A stretch of DNA of 64,000 nt from Sphyrna mokarran (taxonomy: Eukaryota), in assembly GCA_024679065.1 (NCBI GenBank), contig JAGIQG010000013.1:56234001-56298000 (forward strand), in the 5' to 3' direction. Within the stretch, counting starts at the first letter, position 1. Every line of letters begins with the position of its first letter. The notes under the pieces are model-generated. The model ran no database searches, was not told the origin of the DNA, and saw only the letters and a program-made list of their open reading frames with translations. This document shows positions 1 to 14,010 of this stretch, piece by piece. Both the position numbers and the translations under genes were made by a program.

Positions 1-81
1 TGGACCAGTTGACAGTTTTTCCAATGTAGTGGTCATGTCAATCTTGTATGTTATTTTAAGAGTTTCTTTTTCATCCTTCAG

Positions 82-268
82 ATCACCACCTGCAGCACTT
101 ATATCAGTAATTGGTACTCAGGAAGCAGAGTTGGAGAATATGTTCTGTAACATTCCAGTTGGAGTATGCACAGATATTGAGCCACTAAGTGAAACGTACT
201 ATTCCATTCTGGGATATCTGCTTGCATGGAAACTGCTTCTCATATTTTTCAAAGCATCACCATCTGAG
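82..268 (+). CDS. LTN1: LTN1 (listerin E3 ubiquitin ligase) internal coding exon
   Basis: Acceptor ttcag|ATC and donor GAG|gtagat. Encodes SPPAALISVIG...LGYLLAWKLLLIFFKASPSE, matching the listerin C-terminal HEAT region. Phase joins the next exon. Confidence 0.93.
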
Positions 269-1722
269 GTAGATATGTGTGGATTGGAGTGCATTTTAGT
301 GTTTACTATGTTTTATCAATGGATTATTATTATTTATAATTACAAATTACACGCGCAACAATAGATAACAAAAAATTCGTCCTACAAAAATAGTTATTAA
401 AGAAAGAGGAAGAAAAACTGGAACCAACACCAAACCAGTCAGTATATATGAAGAGGGCTATATGTCAGTATAATGCCTGGAAGAGTATGTGACCAAACTG
501 TTTATTCATAATTGTTGACTGATTTGTTTTTCCATCTTTATCTTATTTTTGTTTATATTTTTTATAATTTACTTACTTCTGTATTCTCCAAAGGAAAAAA
601 TACTCCTACTACACTTTGACACTATTCAAGTTTTTATAGGTGTTAGCCTGGGAATATGCTGATATTAATGCATTGCACATGAAATAATTGACAGAGCTGA
701 GGATTTCTTACCCATAAAAGTAAAATACTTTGGTGTAAAATTGAAAACATTCAAAAACAGAAGTATTACAACAATGTTCCTTTTGTTGTCAGCTTTGAAA
801 CAGTGGTAGAATTAATGCCTTTGAAGAGGTGATTGGTTCAGTCCAAGTCAAGTGGCTTAGTGCAATACCAAGAGAGTAGTGCATTGTCAGATAGGTTATC
901 TTCCAGCTCAGCTATTCAATCAAGGCCTCATCTATCAGGTAGACACAAAAAATCATGAGACTTTTGAAGATGGGGAGAAGAGTTCTCCCAGAATGCTGAT
1001 CAGCATTTATCCCATAATCATTATCTCTAATCAAAAAGATTACTGTTTTGTGAACCTTGAGGTGCATCTCTTATCTACCATGTTTTCTGCATTACTACGC
1101 TTAAAAAAAACTGGAAATAATTAATTGGACGTGATGGGCAATATATTGAGCAAAGAATATGTATTAATTTCACTTGATGTAGCAATAACTTATTTTAATA
1201 GGTGCCAATTTGTTTTCCTAATATTTACCTTGAGACTTAGCAATTTTATAGCACTTGTATATCTTCACAATTTTTAAAAAATTAAAACTAAACTGCCTAC
1301 ACTTTTTAGTATGCTAAAAGTTTAAATTTGTCTCCTCTACTCTTCAGGGCATAGTAAATGCTAATTTCCAAGACACTCTCCATAACTTGGAGTTTTATTT
1401 CAAAAGATTATCTTTCCTAAAATCAGTCTTTAGTTTTCCTCTCAGAAGGGTTGTTGACTGTAATATGTGTTGATATTTGTGAATGTGCAGCACAATATTT
1501 TTGAATCACTGTGAGGTTTCTTTGAAATGACAAAAATATTAATTGTCATTTAGGTTAAGTAGCATGATCCAGTTTAAAAAAAAAGTGAACATTACTGCTC
1601 AGCAAATGGGAAATTTAACATACTTGAAGTGATTGTAACTGCATCTTTATATGGCAAGATAATGCAAACAAAATAGCGCATACGATATGTGGGATGACTT
1701 TTTTGTTTTTCCTGTTCTCTAG

Positions 1723-1894
1723 TTACGGGCTATATATGCAACTTATCTTCGTAAGAGTAAATGCTTGCACAGATTACTGCAACATCTCTTCAGACTGATG
1801 CCAGAAAATCCAACTCTTCCTGGACAAATTGCTGATTCTGCTAATAAAGGACTACGGACACTATTCAGTGAGAAACATGTCATTCTTTTCCAAG
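1723..1894 (+). CDS. LTN1: LTN1 internal coding exon (absent from ORF track)
   Basis: ctctag|TTA...CAAG|gtataa. Encodes LRAIYATYLRKSKCLHRLLQHLFRLMPENP...; 172 nt, ending in phase 1. Confidence 0.93.
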
Positions 1895-2059
1895 GTATAA
1901 AAATAAATGAAAATTGTTTAGAAATTTATTCTTGAATCACTTAAACCTGCACTATGTTTGGCATACTCACTGACATTTTCTTCTGATTTTCCTAAAAGTT
2001 GATGTTTAAATAGATATGGAGGAATGAATTGTTTAGTTTTATTTGGACTGCTGATACCA

Positions 2060-2440
2060 TTGTGGAGCTTTGGTGTGAATGCTTCTCCTTTGCTCTTAGT
2101 TTATCCTCCAGCTTTTTTTTCCATTTTGTAACATTCACTTCTATCCTCAATTTATTTTAAACATCACATAACACTGCAACAAGTCTCTTTCATGACCTCT
2201 GCCTTAACTCAAAGTTTTATTAACATTAAGTATGTAGGCCCTAAACTCCCTAATTCCGTACACAGTTTCCCCTCTTCTTTCTTTTTAAGTTATTTCTTAA
2301 AAGTTATCTTTTACCAAACCTTACGTCACCTATCTTAATGTTTCTTTGGCATGGTGATTGTTGTTTGGTATGATCACACAACCACTTGGGATGTTTTACC
2401 ACAGTAAAGGTGCTACATAAATGCAAATTGTTGTTGCATT
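2060..2440 (+). mobile_element. Degraded L2-type LINE 3' end
   Basis: Tail ...cttaaaagttatcttttaccaaac...cttgggatgttttaccacagtaaaggtgctacataaatgcaaattgttgttg, similar to 41700-41880. Confidence 0.5.
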
Positions 2441-2510
2441 TAACCCGTCTGCAGTAGACTTTTACACAGTAAACTCTCTATTAATACTGCTGCACCAAAG
2501 ATGTACTTGT

Positions 2511-2740
2511 GGGCGGCACAGTGGTTATTGCAGCTGCCTCACAGTCTTGGGGCACTATCTGTGTGGAATCTGTACCTTCTCCGCAATCTGCATGGATTCC
2601 CTCCAAGTGCTCCAGTTACTCCCTACAGCCTAAGGATGTGCAAGTTGAGTGATTAGCCATGATAAATGTGCAGGGCTGTGGGGATAGGAAGGAAGGGAGC
2701 ATTTAGGTAGGATGCTTTTTCAGAGAGTTCATAGAGATTT
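2511..2740 (+). mobile_element. HE1-type V-SINE (tRNA-derived)
   Basis: tRNA-like head gggcggcacagtggttattgcagctgcctcacag plus V-domain ctgtgtgga...ctccagttactccc...aaggatgtgcaagtt. Confidence 0.75.
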
Positions 2741-3005
2741 TATGTAACCCAATTTTAAACTTTCTTCCAAAAATGGAATTAATTTTAAAAAATGGTAAAT
2801 GTACTTTTTTGTACTTAGTATTTTTATGTTATTTCCCATAACCTAGAAACAAATATTGAAAACTCAATTTTACTAATGGAGCTTTTATGATGATGTGTAG
2901 TCATTAAAAAAGAAGACCCCTTTTGATAATTAGAATTTTGAATTTTGGTTGTAAAGACAATTTTTAATAAATATCAAATCAAGTAATGCAATTTTTTTTA
3001 ACTAG

Positions 3006-3226
3006 AGACAGAAACCCTAAACACAGAGGTTTCCAGGTTGGCTTGTGCTGTATATTATAGCGTTTTGGAAGATTTGCCAGCCACAGTTCGCCTTTGGTGG
3101 AATAATCAAGACAAGCGGGTGTCCAGCACAGTTGATAAATACACCAGCAAATATGTCAGCAGCATTCTTTCATCACAGGAAATTTCAGCTGTGCAAGCCA
3201 GTACACAAACATTCAAGAGCATGGTG
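3006..3226 (+). CDS. LTN1: LTN1 internal coding exon
   Basis: actag|AG...GTG|gttagt. Encodes [33 protein letters not shown]...TQTFKSMV. Confidence 0.94.
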
Positions 3227-4228
3227 GTTAGTGATTATTTTAATGTATTCAGAATCCTATTTTGCAGCATGAAAACTCGTTTTGTTTTGAGAAATATTGG
3301 CTCTTATTCCGGTTAGTTTCAGTAAATTATAAAGAACGAAAACTGGAGAAATTCTTGTGCTTGAGTTAAATTTGGAAAGATTTTTCCAATTCTTGGTTAA
3401 TATGATTTGAAGTTAATTAAATGATATAATTTAAAATTACTAATTCCCAGATACCTTCAAAGATTCTGCATATTTTTGAAAGGCTACTTGACACAGGCTC
3501 CACCACTTACATTCCTCATGGTTAGACAATTATGTTGGACAATTAACAGTTAACAACTAGCAATTACTAAGATATTGACTATAATAGCTATTTCTCTCAA
3601 ACTTGGCTGTTTAAATACCTTGATACTGCTTTTATCATTGTGATCGCCGTTAATTTCTAATTTCTGTACAATACTGAAATTTATATTCTAATATTTGCCC
3701 AATAACTACACACTGTGGCAACAAGAGAACGACTCTTGATTGTATACACTCACACTTTTATTATATTTAATATCATATTTAATGTTTTTTATACAGCAAT
3801 AGAACCACATTCAGTACTGCAAAATATCTTTTTGGCTGTGTTACAAAAAAACAGTATCACACTGGTCCTGTTTTTTTCACAAATCGTATTTCCACAGATT
3901 TAGGGATATTCATTGCTGGTATCACTTATCAAACTCCATTGAATCCAGACTTTCTTAATCCTACTATCTGTGCTTTGAAACACATGAAAATCACACATTT
4001 GTGATATTGCTATTATAATTCTAGTTCCTATTGCAAGTAATGCTTCTGCTGCACAATAAAGCAACACATTTGTTTTGGATTACCATGTACGTTTAAAAGA
4101 TTGATTACATGATTGGAATATGCAGTACGTTTGCAGCAACTAATTTATTGTAACAAAATTGTCTGTTCTGAAAGCTGTAAAGGCACTGTGCACATATTTT
4201 CAGCCATTTTCTTTTGGTTTCATATTAG

Positions 4229-4423
4229 GTTAAAGCCCGTCCTGTGGCCCGAGAGGTACTTGCTACCTATTCTGTGGATGACATATTCATTGAGCTTGTT
4301 ATACATTTACCAACAAACTATCCTCTTGGGTCAGTTACTGTAGAAAGTGGTAAACGAGTTGGTGTGGCTGTTCAGCAGTGGCGCCACTGGATGATGCAGT
4401 TGAATACGTTTCTTAATCTTCAG
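4229..4423 (+). CDS. LTN1: LTN1 coding exon, RWD domain
   Basis: attag|GTT...CAG|gtactg. Encodes [65 protein letters not shown] (65 codons). Confidence 0.96.
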
Positions 4424-7400
4424 GTACTGTAAGATTAAACACAATGGGACATCTTGGTCAGCATTTGTTAAACACTAACCTACATTATGTAACCAGATTA
4501 ACTTTACTGTAAATTGGTTTCAGAATTTCTTCCTGTTTCACGAAATATTTTAGAATTGTTTTCTCCTATGGTCTTGCACCTGTTTTGTTTAGAGATGAAG
4601 ACATGTTCTTCAGTTTATTTTAATTTATCTAAATTGGGCACTGCAAATTTACAAGCAAGGTGAATATTAGCTTTTCTTGAATTTGTTTTCCACTTTTAGC
4701 TAGCTGAAACAAACCTGAAACTTTAGAGGGTCCTAAAATCTCAGCTGAGCTTTAATTTTAGGATCTTGTAACGCACGTGTTTGTTTTCTGTTAGGAAATT
4801 AAATGGCACTATATAAATGTAAGTAGACAAGGCATGTGTGATAACCCTTTTTTTTGGCTCAGAACAGGACGTTTAGGTCTATATTCAACATGTAAACCCA
4901 CTTACCCCTACCACTTTTCTGCTAATAAATTTTCTCACTCTACATGGATTATACCAGTTTGGAAAGTATAAATTTTTAAAATGTTGGAATCTGGTATAAC
5001 TATGATTTCAATCATACCATGAGAAAGCATGTCAGAACTTTACAGTTACATGAATAAGATGATTTACAATAAATAATTTATCAATATTGAAACTATGTTG
5101 AGAATTTATTAAAAATGAATGTTAATTTTTTTGTTGTTAACATTTTTCTCCAGTGACCAAACCTCCATGGGCAGCATGTGTCTTTTATCATGTCAACTCT
5201 GGGGATTGCTGTTTTTTGGGGATTATTCACTGAAGCATGAGGCAGAGACACTGGTGAATAGTAAAAGTGTCTTAAAGGCAATTGGCATTGGGTTTCAGTT
5301 TATGTTTCATTAATAATCGTCTCATGAATAAATGAATAGCTTTTATGTCAACTAAATGTGTACACTTTCAGTTAATTTCAATGCAAAAACTTGAGTTTTT
5401 AATGGAGTTACTCGTGCATCAGAGTCAGATATAGGTTGATGTTTTTCTTTTTGTAGATTATAATAGAGGGAAAAAATCTTAAAATTTTGCAATAGAATTT
5501 AGTATATGTTCAGTACACCTTTTGTTATCTTAGATGGGTGAAAAATGGTTTATTTTGTTTCTTTTCAGCACAAATGTCTATTGCAAAGCACCAGAGTAAA
5601 ATGGATTTATCAAACAACATATTGAAAACATTCCCCCCCTCCCCAAAAGGAGTAAAAGTTCAATTTTGCCATCTTGCCGTGTAAGCTTTTTCAACGCCTC
5701 CCAAAAAAAACAAATCTGAGTATTTGCATTTCGTATTGCTGTTTGACTTGACACTTCTGATGCATTGTGATCCAGAGTATATAAAAAAAATCTTTTGTAG
5801 GGTATTAAGTAAATTATAAACCCATTTGGGTAATAGGTTGGAGGGAAAATTTCCTCTGTTCATGATAAACAACTGATACAATACATTTTAAAGTTAATGA
5901 TAGATTCTGTACTGAGTTATTCAACTTAATTACAGTGGAAACTCCAGGAAAAGAACTAAGAAGCACATCATCGAAGCCTACCTGGATCCTCTCTCAAAGT
6001 CTTCCCTTAAATTGTTGACAACTTTGGAAAAATAATTTTCTTGAGTCCATCAATTTTCAGTAATGCTGAAATGCCATTGATGATTGCATCTGTTCATTCT
6101 GTCTTGCCCATTTTCACAACATGAGTTTGCATTCTTTTAACCTTTAATTTATGTCTAATATAAAAATTTAATCTTTGTATATTTCTATCTGTCACCCCAT
6201 AAGTATTCTATACTTAGCATTTTGTGAGCAGCTAATATATTTTAGCACTTGTTCATAGCTTTAAAATTTCTCCTTTTCCCAACCTCCCCAGTACTCTTTG
6301 TTCCTACATAATGATTTTTTAAATTGGTCTAAGTGCCTATGTTTCCTTAGGAACAGTTTGCTCATAAAATAGGCTGTTTCTTTCATCTGGATAATGTGCT
6401 GGAACATTTATTGGAAGAAAGACCTTTAGTTTCCCAGATGGTCTTTCTGGGAAAGGCACTTAACAGAGAAATTGAGTTGTTTCACTCTATTCAATAATTT
6501 TAGTAAAAATGTGTTCTGAGATTAAAGCAGATTTCCTTGTGGTGTCATTGTATTGATATTTCTTTGCTATTAGGTTCCAAGGTGAATTAACAGATCTCAG
6601 ACATTATGGCCCTGCAGATATTTGTATTTAGCTCAGTGCTCTAGAAGTAGAGATAGGAAGATAAATTGGGCCTCCAGCTTTGATTACTATTTCAATGTGT
6701 GAGTTTCAAAACTTCAGATGGGAGCACAATTGATCCTCAGTCAAACAATTTGCCACCATTCACTATTGAGGTTCCCACGTGAAGATAGGCTTTTTAGACA
6801 ATATACAGCAAGGCTACAGCATCCATGTAATTGTACCCCAACAACAGTCAAGAGGAAAAGGGGACATAATGGTCTCAGTTAACGCTACTTATGCTGTAAT
6901 AAAGGTCTGGCTGTTCATTGCACTGTTCTTTGGAGACTTTCTGGTGCAGCACTGTATCAGCTATATATTCATGATCAAACATAACAAATCAAATTGATCT
7001 GTGATTGGAAAGATCCATGGGCGGCCTGTCTGTGTTGTGAGCTGGGGGGGAGATCATTGTGGGATTGTAAGGGGGTAAGGGTAGTAGGGGGAGGTTTGAC
7101 AGAGCTGGGAAGGTTGACTAGGTTAGCACGTAGAATCCAGCATTTAAGTAGAAAGCATTTACCTTCTTGGGTCCAATAGTCTACATCTCAGTATATTTGC
7201 TATGTTTCCTGAGGTTCAGGAAATCCAGCCATCCACGGTTAAATTCAAAATGTTGTATCTTCAGAATATTTGAAAGACCAATCCATTTTCTTGAAGCAAG
7301 TTGGTCAACTGATCAACCACCCTCACATGCCACCCCCAACTGCCCATTCCCATCTCAATTAAAATCAGATATAAATGGGTCAATGTTAAGATTCTTATTT

Positions 7401-7770
7401 CTAAACTTTTTACTCAGCCACCTGAACCAAATCTATCGGTTATTGTCGTGGTAAATTTTTAAAACATGTTTTGCTTTTGTTTCATGTAATTTCCTGCCTG
7501 CTTTAGTTAGAGCAGTGCAAACTGACTTCCAAATGAAAGCAAAGTAAGATTAACATAATTGATCAACATGAGACAATTCCCAATTAATTAAATCATTTGT
7601 CGGTTATCGATCAACAATGTAGTACTTATTTGTAGTAACGATTATTTTTATGTTAATATAACTATTTAAAATGGTGTAAAAACTTGGATACAAATTAAAC
7701 TTATTGTAGTTCCTGTAACATTCATAATTAACTATGCACATTTTATTGTTTTGTATTGCTATTTTTATAG

Positions 7771-7938
7771 AACGGCAGCATCATGGAAGGCCTTGCATTG
7801 TGGAAGAGCAATGTGGATAAACGTTTTGAAGGAACTGAAGAGTGCATGATCTGTTTTTCAGTAATTCATGGTTCTAACTATTCGCTTCCAAAGAAAGCCT
7901 GCAGAACCTGCAAGAAAAAGTTCCATTCAGCCTGCTTG
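7771..7938 (+). CDS. LTN1: LTN1 penultimate coding exon, start of RING-CH finger
   Basis: tatag|AAC...TTG|gtaagc. Encodes [56 protein letters not shown]. Confidence 0.97.
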
Positions 7939-8069
7939 GTAAGCACTTTAAATCAGGGAAACAATTTTTAAAATTGTCAAGCAATGCCAGAAAGCAGATT
8001 ACATTTTGATGTCAGGACATTTAGTCCCTTAAACTATGTTTAAAAATTGTAGATTCTATATTGCTATCA

Positions 8070-8895
8070 GGAGGAACATGGGAACAGGAATAGGCCATTC
8101 AGACCTTCGAGCCTGTCATGCCATTAGTAACATCATTGCTGATCTGTAGCCTAAATCCATGTACCTGTTTTTGGCCCATATCCTTCAATACCTTTGCTTA
8201 ACAAAAATGTATCTATCTCAGATTTAAAATTAGCAACTGATCTAGTATCAGTTGCTCATTTTAAATCTACTTAAATGCTTGATTTTATATGCTATCCTAG
8301 TCAATCTTCCCAGGCTCAGACAAAACACCCCACTACTATTCTTGTGGAAGAGAGTTGCAAACTTTTACCATCCTTTGTGTGTAGAAGTGCTTCCTAATAT
8401 CTCTCCTGAATGATCTGGTCCTAACTTCTGGACCAGGTCCCGTGGTTTTAGAATCTCCAAACAATGGAAATGATTTATCTTTATCCTGTCTTTTCTTGTT
8501 AATATCTTGAAAACTTCGATCAAATCATCCCTTAACCTTCTAAATTCTAGAGAAAATAAGCCTGATAATCTTTCCTCTTAGCTTAACCCCTGAAGTTCAG
8601 GTATCATTTTGTAAACTTACACTATACTTCCTCCAAGGCCAGTATATTGTTCCTAAGTATGGTGCCCAGATCTGCTCACAGTTTTCCCAGTGGGGTTTAA
8701 CTGCAGCATAACCTCTATATTTTATACTCCAGCCCTTTACATATAAAGGCCAGCATTCCATTAGCCTTCTTAATCATATTTTGTATCTGTTTGTGGCATT
8801 TTAAAGATCTATGGATCTGAACTCCCAAATCTTTGGATATCCACTACCATCTAGGAAGGACCCTAATCTATCCTTTTTTGATCCAAAATGGACAG
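8070..8895 (-). mobile_element. CR1-clade LINE 3' fragment, degraded
   Basis: Reverse-complement CR1 3' UTR (ggaacaggaataggccattcag...) followed by degenerate RT C-terminal coding sequence. Confidence 0.7.
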
Positions 8896-10014
8896 GCTAG
8901 TGGACAATGAAATACCTTTGATTATTTTTTAAAATTCTGAGTACTCCCCTTATAATGCTTCATAGATCGCTTAATATTATGTACAGTCCATTATTTTGGA
9001 AAGCATCTATTGTGCTTCATCTTCTGTGAAGTGTATCTTAAACACTAACAAGATTATTAGCTTTCTTCTAAGTAAAATTATTGATATTTGCAAATATTTG
9101 AGAAGGAAGGAAGCAATTGAGCTCAAGACTTTCTTTTTACGTTGATTCTCAGGACGCAAGGAACAACACTTCTTTTGCAGCATTATTTGCCTTTGAGGGA
9201 ATTAAGAGGCAACCAGTATATTGGACTTGGGTCCTTCGTAGACAAGACCAGATATGGGTGGCAGATTCCTTTTCTTGAAGGCTCTTAATGAACCATTTGG
9301 TTTTAAAATTTATTCAAAGGATGGAATCTTGTGAGAATTTGGTGTCAGTTATAGCGAGAACTGTGGCCAGATTTTTTCTCCAGGTGGGCACGGTTAGTGC
9401 TGTCAGTCTAGCAAAGTGGGGACTGTTAGAAGCAGAAACCATTTCCACTGAGATTGGGATACCATTTTTAAAGGATTATTGGACAAAAAATTAATTCCAC
9501 CATGGAGGTTCACATGTGGATGAACCTGTTATAAATCTCACCGACAGAGCTTGAAAATCTAGTGAGGGGGAAGCTCGGGCATTGGCAGTGTTTAATGAAA
9601 TTGAAATGTATTCGAATGAAATCAAATCCGGTTCTCGCCCATTCTCAGCATGAATCTGATTATGTTACCAGCCAAGAGTGGGGAAAATCAGATATCTCAA
9701 TCCCACTGGTAGGGTTCATGATTTCTAAGTTTTGCTGAATCTTGAGATCCTGCCAGCAATCTCGCAGATGGGAATGCAGGCTCAAGATTCCTCCCATTGT
9801 TTTTATTCTCTCATAAACATGAACTTCACTATCTGACTGCATGCAAATACGAAACTGCTCCCGTGTACTTTTGAAACCAAACCATTACATTTCCTCGCTC
9901 CCTCACAAAAATTGTCACTTTAAAGCATTAAGGAGCATAGCAGAAATGCAAGTGGAAAGCTATTTTTCAACAGTGGTATTTTAAGAGAATTTTTCATTTA
10001 ACATTCATATCAAC

Positions 10015-10600
10015 ATTCTGGGTATTACCATTAAGCAGAAGCTGAAGTGAACCAACCTTGTAAATACTGTGGCTGCAAGAGCAGTTCAGAGGCTAGAAAT
10101 CCTGTGGCAAGTAACTTGCCTCTTTACTCCCCAAAGCCTGCCCATTATCTACAAGGCACAGGTCACAAATACTCTCCACTTGTCTAGATGGTTGCACCTC
10201 TAACACTCCAGAAGGTTAATACCATCCAGTATAAAGCAACCCGCTTGACTGACACCATATCCACAAACATTCACATCTTCCACCACCAATGCACAGCCAT
10301 ATGTATCATCAACAAAATGGAGGAACTGATCAAGGCTCTTTTGATAACATCTTCAAAACCCATGACCATTACCATCTAAAAGTATGAGGGCAGCAGATGC
10401 ATAAGAACACCACTACTTGGAGCTTCCCTTCCAAGGCGCTCATCATTTTGAGTTGGCTGCAGTTCCTTCATGGTTGCTGGGTCAGAATATTGGAATTCAC
10501 TTCCGAACAGCACTGCAGACTGCAGCAGTTTAAAAAGGCCGCTCACTACCACCTTGAAGAGCAATTAGAGATAGGCAAAAAATGTTGGCCTAGCCATTCA
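10015..10600 (+). mobile_element. Abundant shark non-LTR LINE 3' fragment
   Basis: ctccccaaagcctgcccattatctacaaggcacagg...gggcagcagatgcataagaacaccactac...gggtcagaatattggaattc. Related copies at 25830-26270, 35305-35560, 36990-37470 and on the - strand at 29885-31500. Confidence 0.7.
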
Positions 10601-12183
10601 CATTTTACAAATTTTTTTTTTAAAACTGCTTTCCTCTAATGATTACGTCCTAAAATCTCCAGAAGCATTGTTATAGATATTGTCCTAAACTTAATTGACC
10701 CACATCACTTTATTAATTGTGATTGCTTTTTCATCTTGGGACTAGTGAGGCATAATTTTGATTATGTAAGTGAGTGCTTTAACCCAAGTTGCAATGATCA
10801 TGTAACTTGTGAAAATAGATATTCCTGGTTCTCATCCACTGGAGATATTCGTGATTTTTTTTTAAACCGCCTGTAATGTTCTTGCAAACTATTAATCCTT
10901 AGACTGCTGCAAACCAAAGAAATGACATTCATGCTGAATTAATAAGCTTTCAGTTCACACAGAAATATAGTATAATTGCAAAGCTACTCAAAAGCATCAA
11001 TAGTTTTACCATAATAATGATCATTTTATTTTAACTTTAACATTTAAAATGCTATTTTAATTTTAAAAGGACTGGAAACCTTATACCATGTTGTCCCCAA
11101 TCTCCATCATATACTTGCCCCAATTTTTTAAGTTTAAATTTATTTTTCTCATCTTCACTAATGCAAAAATCTATTTATTTCTTCTTCCTCTTTGCTCTAT
11201 CACCTGCTTTATAGGTGATAGAAATTCTCAATAAATTGAATTTCGCCTATTTGAACTGCTCCACATCATTGATAAAAACTTTGACATTTATTCATATATA
11301 AAAGGTTTTGATAACAAATAACTTCAGACAGTGCTCCCATCTTGGCTATTGTTTTGGAAGGTGAATAATGTTCTCAATTTTAACTAATAAAAAGGTTGAT
11401 TTATAAGCTGCATCAAGAAGTTAATCATAGTCAAGATTAAGGCAAAAAAGGTATTCATTTATGCTACTGCATTATTATACCTCATGAATATCAAAATACG
11501 ACAATTTTAAATTATTGTTTCATTGCATAGCTCTGCTACTACATTAATTCAGCTGTATGCCCAACTAATTACTACAAAATTAACTTTTTGTCCCATAACA
11601 GTGTTATGAAAATGCAAATTTTGTATAAATGTTATGCCTTAAGGAACTCCACTTGTTCCTTAACCATGATGAATATCACTCATTAATTATTACATTTCCT
11701 AATGTCCCTTGGAACATATTTTGCCTTTTGTCCTCATGGCCTACTTTTTTTAGAAAATTTACCTTCAGTTTTGTTTTCTAATCTTTTTCATTTTCTAAAA
11801 TAATTTTGAAATGTAACAAGTCAGTTTCACTGTCATCAAACTGTTTTGTCTAAAATTAAAATCAGTGAGTAATATTCAGTATTATAGCTGATTGATACTA
11901 CTCAATATAATGGTAAAGTCATTTTTCAGATTGGAATACTGCAGCAAATGAATAAAATTATACTGATTTCTACAGAGTTTGTAATTTTCAAACATGGACA
12001 AGTATCTCTAAAATTTGGATAGTAGTAATGAGAGCAAGGATATATTTGACCAGTTATCTTAAATTAGTTTTGTTTTCTGACATCCATATACAAAACCTGC
12101 TCTACTAGGAAACATTTGATATTTATGTGTGCACACAAAGCAACAACACTAGTTAATTGACGGGTGATTGAGAGATGCTTTGA

Positions 12184-13475
12184 TTGCCTAGAGGGCTAGA
12201 ATACAAGAGCAGGAGTGTACTTCTAAAGCTGTATGATGCTCTGGTCAGACCCCATTTGAACTATTGTGAGCAGTTTTGGACCCCATATCTAGGGAAGGAT
12301 GTGCTGGCCTTGGAAGGGATCCAGTGGCGGTTCACAAGTATGATCGCTGGAATGAAGAGCTTGTCATATGAGGATCGGTTGCAGATTCTGGATCCATACT
12401 CATTGGAGTTCAGAAAGATGAGGGGGATCTTATTGAAACTTACAGGATATCACAAGACCTGGATAGGGTGAATGTGCAGAGGATGTTTTCACTAGTAGGA
12501 AAAATTAGAACCAGAGGGCACAACCTCAGGCTAAAGAGACGATCCTTTAAAACAGAGATGAGGAGGAATCTTGGTGTATATGTGCATAGATCCTTGAAAG
12601 TAGGCAGTCAAGTCAATAAGGTTAAGAAGGCATATGGAGTCTTAGCTTTTATTGGTAGGGGGATTGAATTTCGGAGCCGCAACGTCATGTTGCAACTGTA
12701 CAAAACTCTAGTGCGGCCGCACTTGGAGTATTGTGTGCAGTTCCTGTCCCCACATTATAAGAAAGATGTGGAGGCATTGGAGAGGGTACAGAGGAGGTTT
12801 ACCAGGATGTTGCCTGGTATGGAGGGCAGGTCTTATGAGAGAGGCTGAGGGATTTGAGGTTGTTTTCGTTAGAAAGGAGGCGGCTAAGAGGAGACCTTAT
12901 CGAAACATATAAGATGATTAGAGGTTTAGATAGGGTGGACAGTGATAGCCTTTTTCCTAGATGGAGAAAGCTAGCACGAGGGGACACAGCTTTAAATTAA
13001 GGGGTGATAGTTATAGGACGGATATCAGAGGTAGGTTCTTTACCCCAAGGGTGGTTCGGGAGTGGAATGCCCTGCCTGCAGCAGTTGTAGATGCGCCAAG
13101 TTTGGTGGCGTTTAAGAGGTTAGTTGATAAGTATATGGAAGAGAGGGGAATGGTTTAGTTTGGAGGGGCATTGCTTTTTATATTGGTCGGCGCAACATCG
13201 AAGGCTGAAGGGCCTGTTCTGTGCTGTAATGTTCTATGTTCTATGAATTTCTTCAGCCAGAGAATCTGTGGAACTCTTTGCTAAAGAAGGCTGTGGAAGC
13301 CAGGTCATTGAGGGTCACTAAGACAGGGATAGATAGATTCTTAATTAATAAGGGGATCAGGGATTATGGGGAAAAGCCAGAAGAACGGGGTGAAAAAAGT
13401 ATCAGCCATGATTGAATGGCGGAGCAGATTTGATGAGCCGAGAAAACTAATTCTGCTCCTATGTCTTATGGTCTT
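12184..13475 (+). mobile_element. CR1 LINE family A 3' fragment (12184-12569 and 13246-13475) split by a nested insertion
   Basis: RT C-terminus LYDALVRPHLNYCEQFWTPY and tail ctatgtcttatggtctt. Collinear with the uninterrupted copy at 30270-30693. Possible TSD CTTTGA (12178-12183 / 13473-13478). Confidence 0.85.
12570..13245 (+). mobile_element. CR1 LINE family B 3' fragment nested in family A
   Basis: LYKTLVRPHLEYCVQF...KYMEERGMV* and (GTTCTAT)n tail. Nearly identical to 42368-43047. Confidence 0.9.
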
Positions 13476-13708
13476 TGACCTCTACTTTGCTGAGAACATT
13501 CTGTAATTTTCATATATGGACCATTAAGTTGCTGGAACTTAATATCTTGCTCTTGACTAAGTTAGCTTCAAATTTCAATTAAAGGTAAAAATTAGGAAGA
13601 ACATGCAAACTATTTGTTTTTAAGTTCTGAATAAATCTTTGCAATTTTTTTATTTTGTTTTCCTTTAACAGCATTTTCTAATTTTTTTTTTAATTTTTAT
13701 GTTTACAG

Positions 13709-13771
13709 TATCGATGGTTTACTTCCAGCAACAAGTCTTCCTGCCCACTATGTCGAGAGACATTCTTTTGA
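13709..13771 (+). CDS. LTN1: LTN1 last coding exon, end of RING finger
   Basis: tttacag|TAT. Encodes YRWFTSSNKSSCPLCRETFF* (TGA at 13769-13771), the canonical listerin C-terminus. Confidence 0.97.
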   Translation, partial: YRWFTSSNKSSCPLCRETFF

Positions 13772-13950
13772 GACAGTTTGACTTTTCTTCTTATATTGTC
13801 ATTATGTAGTGGAGTCTAGGAGAATTGCAGTCATGAAGCAGAGTGCATCAATCAAGAACTTTTATGATGGTCAGAATATCACAGCTGAATTTTTTTAATG
13901 GTTCACTTCTGATACAAAACTGTAATCTTGGAGTACTTGTGTCAACATTC

Positions 13951-14010
13951 AATAAAAAGCATCAGTAATTTTCCATAATCAAATTTATCAATGAAACAAA
14001 TGGCAATAAA
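13951..14010 (+). terminator. Candidate LTN1 polyadenylation signals
   Basis: AATAAA at 13951-13956 and 14005-14010, about 180-240 nt after the stop codon. Confidence 0.55.
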
